Assembly: GCA_040756235.1 (NCBI GenBank)
Contig: JBFLZG010000101.1
Span: forward strand, 1 to 38,523
DNA: 38,523 nt
Origin: a bacterium
GTDB lineage: Bacteria; Desulfobacterota; DSWW01
Reading direction: 5' to 3'
Shown here: one piece after another, positions 25,857 to 34,768 of the stretch
Numbering within the stretch: the stretch's first letter is position 1
Layout: each line of letters starts with the position of its first letter
Made by a program: the position numbers and the translations under genes
Notes under the pieces: model-generated
Databases searched by the model: none
What the model saw: the letters and a program-made list of their open reading frames with translations, nothing else
What the model was told of the DNA's origin: nothing

Positions 25857-28433
25857 ATGCATAAGGACGACCCCGGTGCCCATGAATGGATCTCAACCAC
25901 TTGTTATGGATGCTTCCCATCGTGTGCGATCCAGGTACGGCGGAAAGACGGGAGGGCCGTGGGGTCTCGAGGGGATCCGAAGGTATTCAGTTCGTTCGGC
26001 AAGTGCTGCGGCAAATCGCTGTCGCGTGTTGCTGACTTGTACCACCCGAACCGGGTGTTGCGGCCTCTGCTTCGGACGAACCCCGAGAAGGGGATCGGGG
26101 TGGACCCGAAATGGAAGGAAATCAGCTGGGAAGAAGCGATGGACATGGTGGTGAAGAGACTTGGAAGAATTCGCAGAGACGATCCCCGCAAGCTCGTCAT
26201 GGCTTCCATGGATTTGAATAACCACTTCTATCAGTGGGCCTTCGCCAAGGCCTTCGGATCTCCGAACTATGCATGGTACAGCGCCACCATGTGCGGCAGC
26301 GGACTGCACACGGTATTCATGCTGACTCTGGGGGCGATTAACTCTGAACCGGACACCGAACGCTGCAACTACCTCGTCCAGTGGGGGTCCCAGTTCGGGT
26401 TGGGTGCAAACAACAACCCTGTCGTCGCCATGCGAGAAATGGCCCAGGCCCGGAAGAGAGGAGCGCGACTGGTCGTCGTCGATCCCATTCTCAGCCATGC
26501 AGCAGCCAAAGCGGATGAGTGGATCCCGATTATCCCCGGGACGGACGGCGCTCTCGGGTTGGGGGTCGCCCATATTCTCGTGAACGAGCTCGGCATCTAT
26601 GACGCCGCATTCCTGAAGAAGGGAACCAACGCGCCCTATCTTGTCGCTGAGGGTGGCCGCTACGTGCGCGACAAGGCTACGGGGAAGCCGCTGGTGTGGG
26701 ACATCGCCGAAGGGTTGGCCAAGGTTTACGATGACAAGACGATCCGGGACTTTGCCTTGGAAGGTGTTTACGAAGCGGATGGGAAGAGGTGCAGGCCCGC
26801 CTTCGAGTTGCTGAGAGAACGACTGAAAGAGTATTCCGTGGAAAAGGTCTCCGAAATTACGGGTGTCCCGACGACAACGATCCGGCGGTTTGCGAAGGAA
26901 TTTGGACAGGCCGCTGAGATAGGAGGAACCCTGGAGTACGGCGGGCATACGCTGCCCTACAGGCCAGCGTGCATCGAGACGAAGCGGGGCGGCAGCCAGC
27001 ACAAGAACGGATTCTGGAACGTCTACTCGATCATCTTACCCAACATCCTCGTGGGTGCCATGAATGTGCCGGGCGGGCTTCTCGGTACCCACCCCCACGG
27101 CCCTTTCGGGATGTGGCACGCGACCCATTCTCAGGACGGATTGATCGTGAGCGATCTGGTGGACGTCATCGCCGAGGTCGCAGACTTCACCTCACCGTAT
27201 CCTCCGACGGCGGTGCGGTCCCCCGAGACCCTGGAGTTGGCAGAGCTCTTTCCATGCTCCGCATTCCTGAATTCCATGCCCATCATGACCTTGAACGATC
27301 CGGAGAAGTTTCGGCTGCCTTACAAGCCCGAGTGTCTCATTATCTTTCGATTCAACCCGATGATGACGATGATGGACCCCCGTTCCGTTGCCGCGACTTT
27401 GAAGCGGCTGGATTTCATCCTCTCCTTTGCGTGGCAGATAGATGAAACGAATGAATTCGCCGATCTCGTCATCCCGGAAGCGCACGATTACGAACGCTGG
27501 TGGATGTTTCCCGCCAACCTTCCTGCTGCATACATCCGCGCGGGCCCCGGTCCCTGGTACGGGCAGATTCTTCAGCCCATCGTAGATCCCCCGCCCGGAG
27601 TGAGGCATTGGGCCGACTTCATGATGGACGTGGCCGAGCGGCTGGGGATCCTCCCGGAATTCAACACCGCACTGAACGCCAAGTCCGGTCTAGCAAACTC
27701 GGTTCTGCATGCGCTCGAAACGACGAGAAAGTACACGACCGAGGAAATTGCAGAAAGATCCGTCCTCCTGCTGACCGGAGAGGAAGCCTTCCGCCCGGAA
27801 CGGTTCAACGAGAGAAACTCCGTCGACTTTTATGAAAAGACGGTGGAGGAAGCGTATCCGGCATGCTTCTGGAACGCTCGGGTCCCGATCTATTTTGAAT
27901 ACTTCATCGATATGGGCAAAGAGGTGGAAAAGGTGACCCGGGAGCTCGGTATGGAGTGGTGGGATACCTCTTTTTACCACCCCTTGCCGGCGTGGCACCC
28001 GTGCCGTGCCCACGAGCTCGGCGACGACACCTACGACCTCTACATCGCATTCAGCAAAGCACCCCTGCTTTCCCACACGATTACCATGGAAAACCCGTGG
28101 GTCGATGATGTTGTGAAACGGAATCCGCTCGACTATTCGGTCCTGATTCACACGAGTGTTGCCGCCCGCAAAGGAATCCGGGATGGCGACATGGTGTGGG
28201 TGGAATCCGACGTAAATAGGGTGAAGGGGCGGGCCAGGGTCACCGAGTGCGTTCATCCGAAGGTGGTGGGGACATTCGGCCTGGGCGGAAGGTGGGGGAG
28301 AGAAAAGAATGTTTCACGCGGCAAAGGGGTTCACTTCAATTCGCTCATCAGGTTCGGCTGGGACATGGTAGACAATCTGAGCGGTCAGATTGACTACTGT
28401 GCCAAAGTCCGGGTTTACAGAGCGGATTCGTGA
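25857..28433 (+). CDS. Mo/W-bisPGD oxidoreductase catalytic subunit (DMSO reductase family; PadB/PsrA-like architecture), no Tat signal
   Basis: CYGCFPSC..C 4Fe-4S motif, RTNPEKGIGVDPKWKEISWEEA, ATMCGSG (candidate Cys ligand), PGTDGAL, ADLVIPE, GIRDGDMVWVES; AGGAGA RBS. Alternative coupled start ATG 25809. Confidence 0.9.
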   Translation: MHKDDPGAHEWISTTCYGCFPSCAIQVRRKDGRAVGSRGDPKVFSSFGKCCGKSLSRVADLYHPNRVLRPLLRTNPEKGIGVDPKWKEISWEEAMDMVVKRLGRIRRDDPRKLVMASMDLNNHFYQWAFAKAFGSPNYAWYSATMCGSGLHTVFMLTLGAINSEPDTERCNYLVQWGSQFGLGANNNPVVAMREMAQARKRGARLVVVDPILSHAAAKADEWIPIIPGTDGALGLGVAHILVNELGIYDAAFLKKGTNAPYLVAEGGRYVRDKATGKPLVWDIAEGLAKVYDDKTIRDFALEGVYEADGKRCRPAFELLRERLKEYSVEKVSEITGVPTTTIRRFAKEFGQAAEIGGTLEYGGHTLPYRPACIETKRGGSQHKNGFWNVYSIILPNILVGAMNVPGGLLGTHPHGPFGMWHATHSQDGLIVSDLVDVIAEVADFTSPYPPTAVRSPETLELAELFPCSAFLNSMPIMTLNDPEKFRLPYKPECLIIFRFNPMMTMMDPRSVAATLKRLDFILSFAWQIDETNEFADLVIPEAHDYERWWMFPANLPAAYIRAGPGPWYGQILQPIVDPPPGVRHWADFMMDVAERLGILPEFNTALNAKSGLANSVLHALETTRKYTTEEIAERSVLLLTGEEAFRPERFNERNSVDFYEKTVEEAYPACFWNARVPIYFEYFIDMGKEVEKVTRELGMEWWDTSFYHPLPAWHPCRAHELGDDTYDLYIAFSKAPLLSHTITMENPWVDDVVKRNPLDYSVLIHTSVAARKGIRDGDMVWVESDVNRVKGRARVTECVHPKVVGTFGLGGRWGREKNVSRGKGVHFNSLIRFGWDMVDNLSGQIDYCAKVRVYRADS

Positions 28434-28476
28434 GGGGCCGGGAGAGCCGCCCAACGGACTGGCATGGGAGGGACCT

Positions 28477-29106
28477 ATGGCCAGATACGAAATGATCATT
28501 GACCTGGACCTGTGTATCGGCTGCAACGCCTGCACCCTGGCCTGCAAGCAAGAACACGGAACGCAGCCGGGGGTATTCTGGGGCTATGTGCTGCAGAAGG
28601 AATACGGAAAGACGCCCAAGGCAACCAGATTGTTCTTACCCGTGCTCTGCAACCACTGTGAGAACGCGCCCTGTGCCGAGGTTTGTCCGACCGGAGCCAC
28701 GTACAGAGACGCGGACGGAATCGTTCTCGTCGACTATGAAAGGTGCATCGGCTGCAGGACTTGCATGACTGCGTGTCCCTATCCTGTCCGGTGGTATATC
28801 GAAAAGGAGCAGTTCTATTTCCCAAACACTCCGATCCCCTGGGGAGTAGACGAGCTGCGAGGCTATGAGAAGATCGTCCAGAAGTGCAACTTCTGCGTGG
28901 ACCGGCTGAAAGCGGGGGACGAGCCGAAATGTGTGGAGGTCTGCCCAACCTACTGTCGGAAGTTCGGGGACGCAGACGATCCGATGAGCGAGTGTGCGCA
29001 GATTTTGCGCCGGGAGAGGACGTTTGCCCTGCGTCCGGAAGCAGGTACTCAGCCGCGCGTGCGGTACATACAAAACAAGAACCTCGACCTCGTGAAGGTG
29101 AGGTGA
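28477..29106 (+). CDS. 4Fe-4S dicluster electron-transfer subunit (DmsB/NrfC family)
   Basis: CIGCNACTLAC, CNHCENAPCAEVCP, CIGCRTCMTACPY, KCNFC..CVEVCP; GGAGG RBS. Confidence 0.93.
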   Translation: MARYEMIIDLDLCIGCNACTLACKQEHGTQPGVFWGYVLQKEYGKTPKATRLFLPVLCNHCENAPCAEVCPTGATYRDADGIVLVDYERCIGCRTCMTACPYPVRWYIEKEQFYFPNTPIPWGVDELRGYEKIVQKCNFCVDRLKAGDEPKCVEVCPTYCRKFGDADDPMSECAQILRRERTFALRPEAGTQPRVRYIQNKNLDLVKVR

Positions 29107-29158
29107 GACGGACCGCGCCGGTTGGCACGGGTGATCCACGGCGGGGCAAGGAGCAGAT

Positions 29159-30412
29159 ATGGTGGGACAGACGATCGCGGAGAAAGTGTTTTCCGAAAAG
29201 GTCGGTCAATCCGCATCGGCAGGTGACTATGTCATTGCACCGATCGATTGCGCCATGCTTGCCGAGGGATTTGCAGCCGTCTGGATGCACATGCAAGCGG
29301 CCGGGTGGAGTCGGGTCTGGGATCGTCGCAAGATCGTGGTCGTTCTCGATCACTACGTGCCCGCGAACACGGAGCGCGTCGCAAGATATCACAAGATGAT
29401 GCGTGACGCGGTGAAGAAGTTGAACCTTCCCTTTTTCTACGGCGAAGGAGCAGGCATCGGCCATCAGGTGCTGATGGAGAAAGGGCATGCAAGGCCCGGG
29501 GATCTCATTGTTGGCGCCGATTCGCACACGTGTACCTATGGGGCCCTCGGGGCGGCTTCGACCGGGATCGGCTTCGCGGAGATGGCGTACGTACTGGCCA
29601 AAGGGCAGTTGTGGTTTCGCGTCCCGGAAAGCGTGCGGCTCGTGTTGAAAGGGCGCCTTCCCGATCGAACGACTTCGAAAGACATCCTCCTCGCAATCGC
29701 CGGGCAGTACGGTACCGAGGTCGCACAGTACAAGTCGGTCGAATTCATCGGGGACGGAGCCGACGCACTGAGTGTCGAGAGTCGGATGACCATGAGCAAC
29801 ATGGCTGTGGAGATCGGTGCGAAATTCGGGATCTTCTGCGCTGACGACAAAACGCGAGCGTACCTGCACGGGCGGGGGGAACGTGCGGTGCGGCGGTTGG
29901 AGGGGGATGAGAATGCGAGGTACCTGATGACCTATGAGATGGACGTGAGACATCTCGAACCCCAGGTGGCCTGCCCCCACTCTGTCGGCAATGTGAAACC
30001 TGTCGGTCATGTGGAAGGGAAGCCGATCCATCAGGCGGTCCTCGGCTCGTGCACGAACGGGCGCTTGGAAGATCTGCGTTTGGCAGCGGAGATTTTGCGG
30101 GGACGTCAAGTGGACCCTGGCGTGCGGCTCTATGTATATCCGGCTTCGCGCGAAACCTATTTGCGCAGCATCGAAGAGAACCTACTGGAGACGCTCGTCG
30201 AGGCAGGGGCGATCATCTGCAACCCGTGTTGTGGGCCCTGCTTTGGAGGGCATGTGGGTCTCATGGATGCCGGGGAAGTGTGCATTTCGTCCACCAACCG
30301 CAACTTCAGAGGCAGGATGGGTCATCCGGACGCCGATATCTACTTGGCCTCGCCGGCGACCGTGGCTGCTTCGGCGCTCAAGGGAGCCATTGCAGACCCC
30401 AGAAAGGTTTGA
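29159..30412 (+). CDS. leuC: Aconitase-family hydratase large subunit (LeuC/HacA/DmdA-like)
   Basis: DHYVP, GIGHQV, GADSHTCTYGA, GSCTNGR, PCCGPCFG, TNRNFRGRMG, YLASPA. Symbol denotes the family only; role probably catabolic. Confidence 0.9.
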   Translation: MVGQTIAEKVFSEKVGQSASAGDYVIAPIDCAMLAEGFAAVWMHMQAAGWSRVWDRRKIVVVLDHYVPANTERVARYHKMMRDAVKKLNLPFFYGEGAGIGHQVLMEKGHARPGDLIVGADSHTCTYGALGAASTGIGFAEMAYVLAKGQLWFRVPESVRLVLKGRLPDRTTSKDILLAIAGQYGTEVAQYKSVEFIGDGADALSVESRMTMSNMAVEIGAKFGIFCADDKTRAYLHGRGERAVRRLEGDENARYLMTYEMDVRHLEPQVACPHSVGNVKPVGHVEGKPIHQAVLGSCTNGRLEDLRLAAEILRGRQVDPGVRLYVYPASRETYLRSIEENLLETLVEAGAIICNPCCGPCFGGHVGLMDAGEVCISSTNRNFRGRMGHPDADIYLASPATVAASALKGAIADPRKV

Positions 30413-30471
30413 ACCGGTAGACGGGCGTTGTTCCCAGCCGGTTGGGGAGCAGGTGGCGAAGGAGGGCAATC

Positions 30472-31971
30472 ATGGAAGCGTACGGTATGTACATCGCAGG
30501 GCAATGGTGCGAAGCGTCGAGGGGTGAGCAGGTTGGAGTGGTCAACCCCAGCAATGAGGAGGTGTTCGCTCAGGTTCCCCTCGGGACCGAGGAAGATGTG
30601 GACCGTGCGGTTCATTCCGCGCGCGAGGCTTTCGAATCCGGAGCATGGAGGAATTCGGAGCCGGCCGAGAGGTCCCGGATCCTCCTCGATATTCTCGGGA
30701 GGATGCGGGAGAAGAGTGCTGCACTTGGGCGCCTGGAGACGCTGAACATGGGTGCACCGTTGGCGCAATCCCTCATGATGCTGGTCCCGAGCGCGCTGAA
30801 CCGGTTCGAATGGTTCGCGAAGGCGGCCAACCGTGTGTGGGAGGAGCCGATGCCCCTCTATCGTGCCCCGGCGGCTGCGTTCCCCTACATTCGGAGGGAG
30901 CCGATCGGGGTCTGTGCGCAGATCGTGCCGTGGAACGCGCCGCTGATCCTGGGCGCCGCCATGCTGGCAGCGCCGCTGGCTGCCGGGAACAGCGTTGTGA
31001 TCAAGCCGTCGATCCTGACTCCCTGCAGTCTCCTGGAGCTCACCAAGATCATCGACGCCTCCGGACTCCCCAAGGGTGTTGTGAATGTGGTGACGGGAAG
31101 AGGGGAAGCGGTCGGGGAAAGGCTGGCGTCGCACCCGGGGGTGGACAAGATCAGCTTTACAGGATCCACCGAATCGGGAAAGCGCGTCCTGCGGGCGGCT
31201 GCGGACACGATCAAGAAGACGACCCTCGAGCTCGGCGGGAAGTCCGCCAGCATCTTTCTGGATGATGTGGACGTCGATCTCGCCGTAGACGCTTCGATCT
31301 GGGGATGCTTCCTGAACGCGGGACAGATCTGCTACGCCACCTCGCGAGTCCTCGTGCCGGAAGGCTGGCACGATGCGTTCGTCAAGAAGCTTGTGGAGAA
31401 GGTCCGACGAATCAAGGTGGGGGACCCCATGCAAGGGGATACGATGATGGGTCCTTTGATCTCTGAAAGCCAGAGGAGGAGCGTGGAGAGCTACATCGCT
31501 GTCGGCCAGAAGGAGGGGGCGAGATTGGCTTGCGGCGGCGGCAGACCCGCTGGCGTGCGCAGGGGTTATTACCTAGAGCCCACCGTATTCACCGATGTGG
31601 ACAACGGCATGACCCTTGCGCAGGAGGAGATCTTCGGTCCGGTTCTTTGTGTCCTTCCGTACAAGGGCGACGAGGAGGCCGTGCGGATCGCAAACGACAG
31701 CCGATACGGTCTGCTGGGTGCCGTGTGGTCGAACAACATCGAACGGGCCATCCGGATCGGCGAACAGCTCCGGGTGGGGAATGTTTGGATCAATGAGGTG
31801 CACTTCATGAGTCTGGATCTTCCGTACGGTGGAACCAAACAGAGTGGGATCGGCAGGGAAAGAGGCCTGCACGGGCTGCTCAATGAGTATACGGAAGTCA
31901 AGAGTATCCAGATTGATCTCGGCCACTCGCGTGCCCAGCGGGGTTGGTATGACCTGGTCGTGCCGAGGTAA
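30472..31971 (+). CDS. Aldehyde dehydrogenase (copy 2), 499 aa
   Basis: Same ALDH motifs and colinear with 20842-22341; ATG 30472 with GGAGG RBS. Confidence 0.93.
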   Translation: MEAYGMYIAGQWCEASRGEQVGVVNPSNEEVFAQVPLGTEEDVDRAVHSAREAFESGAWRNSEPAERSRILLDILGRMREKSAALGRLETLNMGAPLAQSLMMLVPSALNRFEWFAKAANRVWEEPMPLYRAPAAAFPYIRREPIGVCAQIVPWNAPLILGAAMLAAPLAAGNSVVIKPSILTPCSLLELTKIIDASGLPKGVVNVVTGRGEAVGERLASHPGVDKISFTGSTESGKRVLRAAADTIKKTTLELGGKSASIFLDDVDVDLAVDASIWGCFLNAGQICYATSRVLVPEGWHDAFVKKLVEKVRRIKVGDPMQGDTMMGPLISESQRRSVESYIAVGQKEGARLACGGGRPAGVRRGYYLEPTVFTDVDNGMTLAQEEIFGPVLCVLPYKGDEEAVRIANDSRYGLLGAVWSNNIERAIRIGEQLRVGNVWINEVHFMSLDLPYGGTKQSGIGRERGLHGLLNEYTEVKSIQIDLGHSRAQRGWYDLVVPR

Positions 31972-32004
31972 TTCACCGACAAGCGGCGGATAGGAGGGAC
32001 AGGG

Positions 32005-32799
32005 ATGCGACTGGAAGGAAAAGTGGCGATCGTAACAGGGGCGGCCTCCGGGTACGGGAAGAGATCTGCCGAGATGTTCGCCATGGAGGGTGCCGGGGTG
32101 GCTGCCGTGGACATCCACCAGGACGGACTGGAAGGGGTGGTGGCGGGGATCCGTCGTCAGGGTGCGGAGGCGATCGGGGTGGTCGCAGACATTACCCGGA
32201 CCGACGACGTGCGCAAGATCATGGCGGACACGGTCCAAGCATTCGGAAAGATCAACGTCCTCTTCAACAATGCCGGCGTGGACCACATGGACAGGGTGGT
32301 GGACGTCACCGAGGAAGACTGGGACCGCGTCCTTGCGGTGAATCTGAAGGGATGTTGGCTCTGTTCCAAATATGCGATTCCCCATCTCATCCAGGCTGGC
32401 GGCGGCTCGGTGATCCATACGTCATCCCTCTCCGCCCTCAAGGGGCGAGTGGGAAATGCCTGTTATGGCGCGAGCAAGGCCGGAGTGCTCGCCTTTTCTC
32501 AGATCATGGCTGTGGAGCTCGCGCCGCATCGCATCCGGTCGAACTGCATATGCCCTGTGGTTGCCACCACGCCGATGGGGGAACGATTCGTGCGGAAGGC
32601 CCTGAAGCTCTATGGCATGGAAGTGGAGGGAGACTGGGATTTCGAAAAGGCCAAGCCGCTCGCGACGACCGCCATCCCCATGCAGATGTTGAGTGAGCCG
32701 GAGGATATTGCGTACGCCGCCATCTACCTCGCCTCGGACGAGTCTCGGCTCGTCAGCGGCACCTACATCCTGATCGACGGAGCGGCGCGAGCCGCGTAG
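32005..32799 (+). CDS. SDR family NAD-dependent dehydrogenase (copy 2)
   Basis: VTGAASGYG, LFNNAGV, YGASK; 264 aa, colinear with 19818-20612. Confidence 0.9.
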   Translation: MRLEGKVAIVTGAASGYGKRSAEMFAMEGAGVAAVDIHQDGLEGVVAGIRRQGAEAIGVVADITRTDDVRKIMADTVQAFGKINVLFNNAGVDHMDRVVDVTEEDWDRVLAVNLKGCWLCSKYAIPHLIQAGGGSVIHTSSLSALKGRVGNACYGASKAGVLAFSQIMAVELAPHRIRSNCICPVVATTPMGERFVRKALKLYGMEVEGDWDFEKAKPLATTAIPMQMLSEPEDIAYAAIYLASDESRLVSGTYILIDGAARAA

Positions 32800-33045
32800 A
32801 CCCGTCTCCCTGGCTGAAGCCGACCGATGGACGCATCCAGAGTGAGTATCGGTGGCGGGAAGGGATGGCCTAAGGGGTAGCCATGACGACCCCGTGGCAG
32901 GGGCCAGCCCGGCAATGCCTATCCGCTCGGCGGGGGACAGAGATCCGGACGACTCTCGAGGTGCCCCGCAGGGCCATCGGGTGGCCGGCCCAAGAATCAG
33001 GGAACGCATGACCTTTGTCCATCAGACGCGAGGGAGGCACGGATC

Positions 33046-33573
33046 ATGGTGGATCATCCGTTTCGGGCGAGAGCCTGGGTTTTCGGCAACAACATCGATA
33101 CCGATCAGATCGTTCCCGGGCCGTACCTCATGTCACCGCTGGAGGAGCAGTGCCAACATGCTTTGGAGGCGATCTCTCCCGGTTTTGCCGAAAAGTTCGA
33201 GCGCGGAAGCGCCCTGATTGTCGGCGCCAACTTTGGATGCGGATCCGCGCGAGAATTCGCACCACAGGTGCTGAAGCATCTGGGTGTATCCGTGGTTGTG
33301 GCCGAATCGTTCGGGCGCATCTTTTTCCGGAATGCGATCGCGCTCGGCTTGCCCGTGCTCGCCGTACGGAATGTTCTTCTCTGCGTCAAGCAGGGAGACG
33401 AAGTGGAAATCGACCTGCGGAAGGGGACGGTCATGGTCCCCGGCGGGATCCTGATGCAGGGAGAGCCACTGAATCGCGTCATGTTGGATTGCCTGAAGAA
33501 GGGAGGAATACTGAAAGTGCTTCAGGATGAGGCGATGAGGGATGAGCCCCACGGGCGCGGATCCGGCGGATGA
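33046..33573 (+). CDS. leuD: Aconitase-family hydratase small subunit (LeuD/HacB/DmdB-like)
   Basis: FGNNIDTDQIVP, GANFGCGSARE, AESFGRIFFRNA, GGIL; GGGAGG RBS. Confidence 0.9.
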   Translation: MVDHPFRARAWVFGNNIDTDQIVPGPYLMSPLEEQCQHALEAISPGFAEKFERGSALIVGANFGCGSAREFAPQVLKHLGVSVVVAESFGRIFFRNAIALGLPVLAVRNVLLCVKQGDEVEIDLRKGTVMVPGGILMQGEPLNRVMLDCLKKGGILKVLQDEAMRDEPHGRGSGG

Positions 33574-33644
33574 GGGCTGTCTGGAGCAGAAGGGCAGGGA
33601 TGATCCAGAGCAAGGCAAGAAAGAAATCCAGGAGGGGAGGTCTC

Positions 33645-34523
33645 ATGAACAGGAGCCAAGTGGTCCGGGACATGCTGGCGAGGAAGGAGTTGGTGGTGGC
33701 CCCCGGCGGATATAGCGGGCTGACGGCGAAGATCGTCGAGCAAGCTGGCTTCAAAGCTGTCTACATGAGCGGCTATCTCACGGCGGCGTCGACGCTGGGC
33801 CTGCCGGACCTGGGGCTTTTGACCATGAGCGAAATGGCGAGAAATGTTCGGGCCATGGCCGACGCCGTGGAAATCCCTGTCATCGCCGATGCGGATACGG
33901 GATACGGGAATGTGGTCAACGTCGTTCGTACGGTCCGGGAGTATGAAAAGGCGGGAGCTGCGGCCATTCACATCGAGGATCAAGTCTGGCCAAAAAGGTG
34001 CGGGCACATGGAGGGAAAAGGCGTTATTCCCAAGGAGGAAATGATCACGAAAGTACGTGCTGCCACGGACTGTCGACTGTCCGGAGACTTCGTGATTATC
34101 GCAAGGACGGACGCACTGGCCGTGGAAGGGCTGGAAGCCGCCATCGACCGGTGCCATGCCTATGCAGAGGCGGGAGCGGATGTCGTCTTCGTGGACGGGC
34201 AGCGGACCAGGGAGGACCTGGAAGCGGTGCCCAGAAGATGTTCAGAGGTACCCTGCATGATGACCGTCGGCCCACTGACGCCTGCACTGAGCATCCGGGA
34301 GATCGAGAAACTCGGGTATTCGATCGCCATATTCCCTGTCATTTGTGTGAGCGCTTCGGTCCCTGCCATGCTGGAGGCGCTGCGCCGTTTCCGGGAAACG
34401 GGTGAACCCTCCCCCACGCAAGAGGAACTGATGCCGCTCTTCCGAAGCATGAACAACCTCCTGGGTGCGCCTTTCTATATGAACCTCGAGGAGAGACTCG
34501 CCGGCGGCAAGGTGGCTCGGTGA
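33645..34523 (+). CDS. Isocitrate lyase/PEP mutase family C-C lyase (2,3-dimethylmalate or methylisocitrate lyase-like)
   Basis: YMSG, LGLPDLG, IADADTGYG, IEDQVWPKRCGHMEGK, IIARTDA; GGAGG RBS before ATG 33645. Confidence 0.9.
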   Translation: MNRSQVVRDMLARKELVVAPGGYSGLTAKIVEQAGFKAVYMSGYLTAASTLGLPDLGLLTMSEMARNVRAMADAVEIPVIADADTGYGNVVNVVRTVREYEKAGAAAIHIEDQVWPKRCGHMEGKGVIPKEEMITKVRAATDCRLSGDFVIIARTDALAVEGLEAAIDRCHAYAEAGADVVFVDGQRTREDLEAVPRRCSEVPCMMTVGPLTPALSIREIEKLGYSIAIFPVICVSASVPAMLEALRRFRETGEPSPTQEELMPLFRSMNNLLGAPFYMNLEERLAGGKVAR

Positions 34524-34696
34524 ACCCATACCGCCGGATCCTTGGGGGCGCCCGTCGGGAGGGGGCAGGTATGCGAAGCCCTTGCCCCGCCTTGCAGTAC
34601 TGCGTGGAGAGAATCGAAGCGGCTCGGGCTTCGTGAATTCACTCCTGCCGTAGTAGTGGCCGACTGTCGCAGGGCGCAGAGCGATCGGACTCTTCA

Positions 34697-34725
34697 TTGA
34701 CAAGAGAAGCCCCGGATGATAACGT
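34697..34725 (+). promoter_or_regulatory. Sigma70 promoter of gntR with extended -10
   Basis: TTGACA-17bp-TAACGT, preceded by TGn. Confidence 0.6.
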
Positions 34726-34733
34726 CACCGGCC

Positions 34734-34749
34734 TATTGTACGACCAATA
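34734..34749. promoter_or_regulatory. Candidate GntR autoregulatory operator
   Basis: Near-palindrome TATTG-TACGAC-CAATA at the predicted transcription start. Confidence 0.6.
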
Positions 34750-34768
34750 AAACAACCGGAGGCAGTCC

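Noticed and set aside
29159..34523. Leucine biosynthesis or a standard methylcitrate cycle
   Set aside because: No leuA/leuB or prpC/prpD in the window; context is catabolic
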